This document shows, piece by piece, positions 1 to 6,499 of a DNA stretch of 12,550 nt (within the stretch, counting starts at the first letter, position 1; each line of letters starts with the position of its first letter). Source of the stretch: Fibrobacteria bacterium. Its GTDB lineage: Bacteria > Fibrobacterota > Fibrobacteria > UBA11236. The position numbers and the translations under genes are program-made. The notes below the pieces were generated by a model, which was not told where the DNA came from, ran no database searches, and worked only from the letters and a program-made list of their open reading frames with translations. The stretch covers positions 1 through 12,550 of the forward strand of contig JAYTHY010000061.1 in NCBI GenBank assembly GCA_043732185.1. Direction: 5' to 3'.

Positions 1-36
1 CAATATTTCGGTGATTTCCAGTTCAGTAAATTCCAT
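1..36 (-). CDS. 5' end of an unidentified gene running off the left edge (MEFTELEITEIL...)
   Basis: ATG at 36-34 is followed by 12 open codons to the window edge and lies just downstream of a near-consensus promoter. Too short to identify. Confidence 0.5.
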   Translation of the reverse strand, partial: MEFTELEITEIL

Positions 37-52
37 ATTGACCAATGATTAT

Positions 53-81
53 AGTCTAAATTATATGGACGAGGTTGTCAA
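53..81 (-). promoter_or_regulatory. sigma70-type promoter for the gene leaving the window on the left
   Basis: The minus strand reads TTGACA (81-76), a 17 bp spacer, then TAGACT (58-53). Two additional TATAAT hexamers lie in the same stretch. Confidence 0.7.
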
Positions 82-109
82 ATACCCTGAGTAGTTACAC
101 TTTTTCTAT

Positions 110-580
110 CTAAATTTTTTCCACTTGAAATCGACTGCCTATTACGGAAACGACCCGGACCCTTGCACCCCGTTCGACAAAGTCCCCGGAGGTTTGGGCT
201 TCGAATACGTCCTCGCCAATTTTGATTTTTCCGGTGGGGCGTAGCGGCGCATCCACTCTGGCTTCAACGCCTACATACCGCTGCAATTCCAAATCCACAG
301 ACTCCAGCCCGGAACCGGTTCCCAAATCCGTGCGATGGGAAATGGGCGAGTTGCTCAGGAAATGAAAGGCTAGTTTGATGCCGATGGGAATCAGCAGGAT
401 ATCGGCGATTCCAAAACCAATGGCGGCGCCATGGCCGAGTCGAGTGAAGATAAAATACCAGGAATAGGCAGCTAAGGCGGCGCATATTAGGGCAAGAATA
501 CCGAAGGAGGGAACGATCACCTCCGCCATGGCAATGGCAAAGGCTAGCGCTTGTAGAATGATTGGCCAGAGCAGTGTCAT
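110..580 (-). CDS. NfeD-family membrane protein, short form (TM helices + C-terminal OB fold)
   Basis: Hydrophobic N-terminus with AEVIVPSFGILA. The C-terminal LRPTGKIKIG...EAQTSGDFVERGARVRVVSVIGSRFQV is typical of the NfeD C-domain. ATGA overlap with the upstream gene at 577-580. Confidence 0.88.
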   Translation of the reverse strand: MTLLWPIILQALAFAIAMAEVIVPSFGILALICAALAAYSWYFIFTRLGHGAAIGFGIADILLIPIGIKLAFHFLSNSPISHRTDLGTGSGLESVDLELQRYVGVEARVDAPLRPTGKIKIGEDVFEAQTSGDFVERGARVRVVSVIGSRFQVEKI

Positions 581-2037
581 GCAGGATTGTCCATAATGCG
601 AACCAAAATTTTATTGCCTTGGATTTGGCAAACTTCCACTGGCTGGCCGGGTTCTATGAATTCCCCGCGAGAGCTGACTTCTAGTGTCACGGATCCAAAG
701 ACGGCTTTTCCCATGGGACGCAAGGGCGTCTTGGCTGTGCCCGCAAGGCCAATGGCTATCTTGGAGGTGCCTGAGGAAACGGAGCGAGATTCCGCCAAGG
801 TTGTATCGGAAATGACTTTGGCTGGACCGGCCAAATGTGGGAGGACAAAGCGTATCGCAAGCAAGGGAATGAGAACCGCAAGTCCTGCCGTGCCGACCGT
901 CATGAATAAATTGTCTACCAGGCTTTTGAATTCCCAAGGCATGTTGGGATCCGGAATCGTAAAGGTTTGCAAGGAAAGCGTCAACGCAACAATGATGAGT
1001 AGGACGCCAATGGCCCCGGGTATCAATGTCCCCGGGAAGAGATACATCTCAGCAAAAAACAGGGCGAATCCGAAAAGGATCAAGATGAGTTCAGTATGAT
1101 TGGCCAGTCCCACCGCATATTTGCTTCCAAAGACCACGGCCAGGCAGAAAACGCCGATGAAGCCGAAGACGCTGAGTCCCGGAGTTTTGAATTCCAAATA
1201 CAAGGCTCCAAAACCGATCAGCATTAAAATAGGCGCGAACTTTCCAATCAGGCGAACTAATTCTTCGGACCAGGTGGCGTGAATCTCTTCCGTCTTCACC
1301 CATCCGCGTTCCTTTAAAAAATCATCCAGACTTGCGTAGGATCCTTGGGAAAATCCGTAGTCCTTAGCTTCCCGGTCGGTCATGGTCAATAGCTGCCCAT
1401 CGCGTACCAGGATTTTATGACTTGGATATTTCGTTTTATCCTTATCGCTAAGGCCTTCCCATTGCTTTGCAGTAAAATATTCCGGCACGCCGTTGGAACC
1501 CGCTTCCGCCTTGACTACACCGATATCGGATGTGACCATGGCCTCAGCCAATAAACTGGGATAGCCATTGCGCTCCGCCAAGGTGCGGAACTTGGCGCGA
1601 AGCGGAGATTGGATTTTCTCTCCCAGCATGACAATGCCATCTTGACCTTGTGTGATAGGCGCGCAATCGCCGATCGTAGTGCTGTTGTTCATGACGATGC
1701 GATTGGACGCTAGAGAAATCAGCGCCCCGGCCGAAATCGCTTTTTGTTCTACGTATGCATACGTGCTGCATGCTTTTATGCTGGTCAATAGATCGACAAT
1801 GTCAAAAGCGGATTGCAATTCCCCGCCATAAGTGTTGATTTTGAAAACGAGTATGTCTGGATGTTTTTCCAAAGCCTGGGCTACAGAACGTTTCAAGAAG
1901 GCATGCAATCCAAAATCAACTTCATTTTCTATCGGGATAACGATGACTTTTTTATCCGCGAGGGCCCCGGTAAAAAAAGCGATAACCAAGGCAAGGGTCA
2001 AAGCCCTTTTCCCTGGCCGGATGGAGAATAGGCGCAT
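577..2037 (-). CDS. nfeD: NfeD-family membrane-bound serine protease, long form (ClpP/crotonase-like domain + TM region + OB fold)
   Basis: Signal-peptide-like N-terminus from the ATG at 2037 (the ORF track extends to 2094). Motifs INTYGG, AISAGALI (catalytic Ser), EKIQS (Lys), LEFKTPG...G, AEMYLFPG and the C-terminal TPLRPMGK...GEFIEPG OB fold. Confidence 0.9.
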   Translation of the reverse strand: MRLFSIRPGKRALTLALVIAFFTGALADKKVIVIPIENEVDFGLHAFLKRSVAQALEKHPDILVFKINTYGGELQSAFDIVDLLTSIKACSTYAYVEQKAISAGALISLASNRIVMNNSTTIGDCAPITQGQDGIVMLGEKIQSPLRAKFRTLAERNGYPSLLAEAMVTSDIGVVKAEAGSNGVPEYFTAKQWEGLSDKDKTKYPSHKILVRDGQLLTMTDREAKDYGFSQGSYASLDDFLKERGWVKTEEIHATWSEELVRLIGKFAPILMLIGFGALYLEFKTPGLSVFGFIGVFCLAVVFGSKYAVGLANHTELILILFGFALFFAEMYLFPGTLIPGAIGVLLIIVALTLSLQTFTIPDPNMPWEFKSLVDNLFMTVGTAGLAVLIPLLAIRFVLPHLAGPAKVISDTTLAESRSVSSGTSKIAIGLAGTAKTPLRPMGKAVFGSVTLEVSSRGEFIEPGQPVEVCQIQGNKILVRIMDNPA

Positions 2038-2270
2038 GCAGGTCAAAAGTAGGATATTCGCAGGCCCACTACAGGGCTTAGTCCACCCTGGCATCCGGGC
2101 TTAGGGATGTGGCGCTCTCCCAGGGTGCCGCATCCCTCCCAATTCATTAGATTTAAGTATCAGGTGCTTGGGTTTTTGAATGGCACACTCAAATTATGAT
2201 GTTTTAATTATTACAACCAATATTACACTACCTAAAATCAATAAAATACGCGATTATTACTTAAAATAAC

Positions 2271-2299
2271 TGGATTAATCCCCCATTCATTTGTATAAT
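2271..2299 (+). promoter_or_regulatory. probable sigma70 promoter of the TIGR02147-lipoprotein operon
   Basis: Perfect TATAAT at 2294-2299 with a weak -35 (TGGATT, 2271-2276) at 17 bp spacing, in an AT-rich intergenic region. Confidence 0.45.
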
Positions 2300-2340
2300 A
2301 CACTACAGCCACTGGAGACGCCATCCTGTCAGAAGTTACC

Positions 2341-3183
2341 ATGAAATCCATATTCGACTATACCGATTATCGGACCTACTTGCGGGAATATTATGTCTGG
2401 GCGAAAGCCAATCTGCGGGGATTTTCGCATCGGTCCTTCATGGCCAAAACCGGAATGTCCGGTCCCAACTATTTCAAACGGGTGATGGAGGGCGTGCACG
2501 ACCTCACTGACAAAAGCATTCCCAAATTTATCCAGGCATTGCGCTTCACGGATTCCGAGGCCACCTATTTTCGTCATCTCGTTTATTTCAATCAAGCTGA
2601 AACTTTGGAAGAAAAGGATCGTTGCTTTAATGTTTTGATGGATCTCAAGACGCCGCACCGGCACACGGTGCTCGAAAAGGCTCAGTACAATTACTATCAA
2701 GACTGGTACAATATCGCCATCCGAGAAATGCTGGCTTTCTTTCCTTACAAAGACAACGCCATGGAAATGGGCAAGCGACTCTCTCCTCCCGTCCAGCCCA
2801 AGAAGGTAAAGAAATCCATCGAACTTTTGGAAACGCTTGGCCTGGTGGAAATGACTCCGGAGGGCGCATATAAAGCCTCCTCCCAGTTTCTGCTTACCAA
2901 TCCCGATGTGCAATCCTTGCTCATCCCTAAGTTTCATCAAGCCATGGCCCGCTTGGCCGAAGGCGCGATTACGCGCTATTCCAAGGAAGAGCGCTATTTC
3001 AGTTCTTCAACCGTCAGTGTTTCCGAACGGACCTATAAGGAAATCATCGAGCTGATTCGGAGCACGCGTAAGGAAGTTTTGCGCAAAGTGGGGGAGGATC
3101 AGGAACCGGAGAGAGTTTACCATTTGAATATGCAGCTATTCCCTTTGACGACGCCTATTTCCAAGAGGAAAAGGAAATCATGA
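2341..3183 (+). CDS. TIGR02147 family protein (N-terminal HTH-like region + DUF4423), putative DNA-binding regulator
   Basis: Characteristic IFDYTDYRTYLREYY...FSHRSF...YF..LVYFNQA...YYQDWYNIAIRE...VYHLNMQLFPL motifs at about 280 aa, matching the Fibrobacter paralogous family. Confidence 0.9.
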   Translation: MKSIFDYTDYRTYLREYYVWAKANLRGFSHRSFMAKTGMSGPNYFKRVMEGVHDLTDKSIPKFIQALRFTDSEATYFRHLVYFNQAETLEEKDRCFNVLMDLKTPHRHTVLEKAQYNYYQDWYNIAIREMLAFFPYKDNAMEMGKRLSPPVQPKKVKKSIELLETLGLVEMTPEGAYKASSQFLLTNPDVQSLLIPKFHQAMARLAEGAITRYSKEERYFSSSTVSVSERTYKEIIELIRSTRKEVLRKVGEDQEPERVYHLNMQLFPLTTPISKRKRKS

Positions 3184-4352
3184 AATCCACTGATCATACT
3201 TTCCGTTTTTGGCTGCCGATATTGTCATTGGCTGCATTGGCTACGCTTTTGGTTGGTTGCATTATTGGCGGCACTGGTACGGATACGGAAAATGGGATTA
3301 CGGACAATAAGATAAACCAGTCGGCACTCGGAATTACCGCGCGCATAGTGGATACTTCCGGGAATCCGGTACCCGGAGTTTTATTAACCGCAGTCCAGCC
3401 TTCATTTAGGCCAGACTCGGTCAATCCCACGGTGTTAAATTATGCTGTCTCCAATGATGTGAGCCAAAAGGAAGTAGTCAGTAATGCGCAAGGGCAAGTT
3501 GGATTTAGTCTTTCCACATCCGGCACGTATATTGTCGAAGGCTCAAAGGCGGGTCAAAAACTATTTTTCGATACTTTAAAAATTGCGGATGTTAAAATCG
3601 GACAGCCCCTTACTTTCCATGCGCGCCCGCTTCATAAATTTCAAGGTAGAGTGAAGCTCGCTTCAGGCATGCGAATTGACTCTGGTAAAGTATTTGTTCG
3701 CGGCACATCCGTAGTAGTCCAAGTGGATGCTGCCGGTGCTTATAATCTTGGGCTGCTGCCATTCGACATCAGCAAAATGGCCATTGGACTGCGTTTTCAT
3801 TCCAGTCCAACTGGAGTCGTTGAAATCCATCAGAGCTTGATTATTAGACCGGTGGATACTCTGGTGCCAGTAGGACCGGGTCAGGTGCCGGTGGCACTTG
3901 GACCGACTAGTTTTCTGGTAAGTTTCACCTGCACGGAAGCCCCTAAGGATTCATCAGGTAAATTACTATTCGATGCTACTCCAATAAATCTCGATACCGG
4001 AAATGCTGCTGGAGGTGTATTACTTAAGGATTCCGTTCGCGTAAGTGCAGCACTGAGAACTTGCGGTTCAATCCGCGGTGGGACGCTAGTCAACTTGCGG
4101 CCACTAGAAGCTTCCCCTGCTACCCTTTCGTACATTTCTGGGGAAATAAAAGATTCTGTAAATGGGTCGTTTTTAGTGCCTAATTTACTCGATGCGCCCG
4201 CTACTCCGTCTGCCGATCAAGTTGTCCCTTACACGCATTGTGTTAGCCCAACAGGAGCAGAAAAGTCGACACTGGAAATCAAACTGGAAGAAACGCTGCT
4301 GGGCACCGATCTATTGGTTCGCGATCTGAATCGCTCCTGTGCGGTTCCTTAA
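3180..4352 (+). CDS. putative lipoprotein with carboxypeptidase-regulatory-like beta-sandwich domains
   Basis: Lipobox LVGC after a hydrophobic segment, then GGTGTDTEN. Beta-sandwich-like segments ITARIVDTSGNPVPGV and FQGRVKL...VFVRGT...VDAAGAY. ATGA overlap with the TIGR02147 gene. Confidence 0.75.
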   Translation: MKSTDHTFRFWLPILSLAALATLLVGCIIGGTGTDTENGITDNKINQSALGITARIVDTSGNPVPGVLLTAVQPSFRPDSVNPTVLNYAVSNDVSQKEVVSNAQGQVGFSLSTSGTYIVEGSKAGQKLFFDTLKIADVKIGQPLTFHARPLHKFQGRVKLASGMRIDSGKVFVRGTSVVVQVDAAGAYNLGLLPFDISKMAIGLRFHSSPTGVVEIHQSLIIRPVDTLVPVGPGQVPVALGPTSFLVSFTCTEAPKDSSGKLLFDATPINLDTGNAAGGVLLKDSVRVSAALRTCGSIRGGTLVNLRPLEASPATLSYISGEIKDSVNGSFLVPNLLDAPATPSADQVVPYTHCVSPTGAEKSTLEIKLEETLLGTDLLVRDLNRSCAVP

Positions 4353-4388
4353 AAAGCTTCGGAAGCGAGTGTCATAAGGCGACACCGC
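4351..4388 (-). terminator. possible intrinsic terminator between convergent genes
   Basis: On the minus strand, a GCG-GTGTC...GACAC-T-CGC hairpin (4388-4365) is followed by a short GCTT/AAGC hairpin and a T run. The match is weak. Confidence 0.3.
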
Positions 4389-4397
4389 CTACACCAA

Positions 4398-4856
4398 CTA
4401 AATCTTCACAGCCTGATTGTCGGCTTCGGTTTTGGTGGCTTTGGAATAGCCACTCTCTTGTCTGGCGTGATTGATGGCGTTCTTCTGCATGTATACATTG
4501 AACACGGTCTCGGCATCCATCCCGGCGGTTAAAGCCAGGGAAATCCAGAAGTGCAACTGATCAACAATTTCAACTCGAATATTCTGCATGTCTAGATGAT
4601 CTTTGGACCACCATTTCCATAGCAATTCTTCTTTGAGCTCGCGTGATTCATCATCCATTGCCTGCAGATACTTGCCGAGCCATTCGTTCACCTTGGTATT
4701 GGGTCCGAGATCGGCCTGGCCCGCTTCGGTTTTAAGGGTTGCCATGGTCAGCGTTTTCCCTTCGCCATCACGAATGTCTTTCTTGATGAAAATCCGGTCG
4801 TTGAGTTCCGTTTGCATTGCGAAAAGGGTTTCCAATTTGTCTTTAGGATTTTCCAT
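4398..4856 (-). CDS. dimeric (all-alpha NTP pyrophosphatase type) dUTP diphosphatase
   Basis: Motifs LF.MQ.ELN, E..EL..ELLWKWWS, RVEIVD.LHF.IS and YMQKNAINHARQESGY of the dUTPase_2 family. Confidence 0.88.
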   Translation of the reverse strand: MENPKDKLETLFAMQTELNDRIFIKKDIRDGEGKTLTMATLKTEAGQADLGPNTKVNEWLGKYLQAMDDESRELKEELLWKWWSKDHLDMQNIRVEIVDQLHFWISLALTAGMDAETVFNVYMQKNAINHARQESGYSKATKTEADNQAVKI

Positions 4857-4969
4857 GGCCGTTCCGTTCCGGATGTAGGTGTTGAAGGTGAATTATAAAA
4901 ATGTTCGTCTAAAAGATAACCGGAATGCTGGAACCTAGGTGAAAATCCACCGCTATCTGAGGCAGTGGG

Positions 4970-6421
4970 CTAACGGCTGGACAGTTGGCGGCTCGGGTAT
5001 TTGGGCCCCAAGACTTGTTTTTGGCGCGGAATATAGCGTTCTTCCAAAGCGTTTTGAATGTCTTCGAAACGGGTTTTCTGGCTGTTTCCTGGAAGACAAA
5101 TAGCCTGATAGGCTTCTGAATAGTTTCGGGAAATGTCGAGGTATTCCTCTACCATGGGAGGCACCGTCAGACGGTTTTCCACCAATTGTTGCGATGAAAT
5201 GTGAAATAAATCTGCGGTCCAACCGCCGCCGAACATAAGACCGAGTTCGCCGAGCAAGTCCTGACGGACCGGCACCATGCCAAATGCCGAGCATTCCTCA
5301 ATTTGATTGCCGGTGTTGGAAAGATGATGGGCCAGTTTGTAGGCTAGTTCCTTGTGACGTGACTGACGGGTTACCCCCCACCACCAACCCCGTGTGCCTA
5401 CGCTCCGTCTACCTTCACGCAGCGCATCGCCTTGGGAATTGATAGTGAGCGAATTACCCTGAGGCATCAATGCAATACCCATGTCCTCGGGATTGGAGAG
5501 GAATCCAGGCATCTCGGGTGTTCCCGTTCCGTGAATGAGGAATGCTTCCATTTGCGTGGCTTCAGCCAGAAACACGTCGCCGGATTGAAAAGCTTGCCGG
5601 ATATCCGTCTCCGTCCAACGGGCTTTGAGCAAGGTGGGATTTAGCACGCCCTCCTTAGCCAGAACCGACTGCCATTGAAACATATCCACTACGGCATCGT
5701 CGTTCATACGCATAATCCCATCCTGACTTGCGCCAGCCTGGAAACATTTATCCATCAGGGATTGCGACGCCTCGGGTGAACCAATGGGTCCTAAAGCAAT
5801 ACGACCATGTTTCTGACCCTGGACTTCTTTTTGTGACCAAAAATATCCGGCGACAAAGAGATCAAAATCATCCCATTGGCCTGGATCCTTTTCGAGGATG
5901 TAATTGCGCGGTAATCCACGTCCATTGTATTTAACCAGCAGGCGATTGATTTCGTCTTTGCGAACTTGCCAGTATTCTACCGCCTCAGCCACTTGCGATT
6001 TGAGATAGACGATGACGGGTGTTTCCAGGTAGCGGGGAAGGAAAAAGGTTTGACCTCGCTGGGAAGTCATGTCCATTAGAAAGTATTCCTGCCTCAAATC
6101 TTGCACATCTTTGGGCGGTACTATTTCGTCGAGGGGAGAAATCAGATTCCGACCCACAAGAGTTCTGGTCATGGAGGTAGGGGGATCGACTAAGTCAATG
6201 GTGTCCGATTGGGAGGCGAGGAGATCGGGAAGTGTGGCCGGATCCGAGTAACTTTTAAGCTCCACGATGCAATTATTTTTCTTCTCAAAGGGCTTAATAA
6301 GGCGCGTGCGATAGAACTGTTCTTGATCGGGACGAAGGCGCAATACAACTTTAACCTTGACCGGTGGAGCGCAGCCAACGGCGATAAACGCCAACATAAG
6401 CCATGTGCATGGACGCAGCAT
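4970..6421 (-). CDS. extracellular solute-binding lipoprotein (ABC carbohydrate-binding, SBP family 1-like)
   Basis: The likely start is the ATG at 6421, with AAGGGAG 6 nt upstream (the ORF track starts at GTG 6445). Lipobox AVGC. SBP-like segments IKPFEKKNNCIVEL, LISPLDEIV, FFLPRY, AFQSGDV and GWWWGVTRQSRHKELAYKL. Confidence 0.78.
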   Translation of the reverse strand: MLRPCTWLMLAFIAVGCAPPVKVKVVLRLRPDQEQFYRTRLIKPFEKKNNCIVELKSYSDPATLPDLLASQSDTIDLVDPPTSMTRTLVGRNLISPLDEIVPPKDVQDLRQEYFLMDMTSQRGQTFFLPRYLETPVIVYLKSQVAEAVEYWQVRKDEINRLLVKYNGRGLPRNYILEKDPGQWDDFDLFVAGYFWSQKEVQGQKHGRIALGPIGSPEASQSLMDKCFQAGASQDGIMRMNDDAVVDMFQWQSVLAKEGVLNPTLLKARWTETDIRQAFQSGDVFLAEATQMEAFLIHGTGTPEMPGFLSNPEDMGIALMPQGNSLTINSQGDALREGRRSVGTRGWWWGVTRQSRHKELAYKLAHHLSNTGNQIEECSAFGMVPVRQDLLGELGLMFGGGWTADLFHISSQQLVENRLTVPPMVEEYLDISRNYSEAYQAICLPGNSQKTRFEDIQNALEERYIPRQKQVLGPKYPSRQLSSR

Positions 6422-6499
6422 GGAAATCTCCCTTCGTTCCTCCACTGCATATTTTACGGGATGGCGGCTGAATCCGCAAAGGGGATTGAAATTCGAATT

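Noticed and set aside
587..2104. Plus-strand ORFs (587-1099, 1100-1282, 1813-2031, 1832-2104) and alternate-frame minus ORFs over nfeD
   Set aside because: They are antisense or off-frame shadows of a well-supported gene and have no recognisable motifs.
2181..2196. sigma54-like TGGCAC at 2181
   Set aside because: There is no TTGC at the required spacing.
2329..2940. 203-aa minus-strand ORF
   Set aside because: It lies antisense to the TIGR02147 gene almost throughout and shows no protein-family features.
3180..4352. Horizontal-transfer island suggested by lower GC in the lipoprotein gene
   Set aside because: Spot counts by eye show similar variation inside fapA, and there are no integrase, att sites or flanking repeats.
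4398..4856. Prophage remnant suggested by the dimeric dUTPase
   Set aside because: No other phage genes are present and the context is chromosomal housekeeping.
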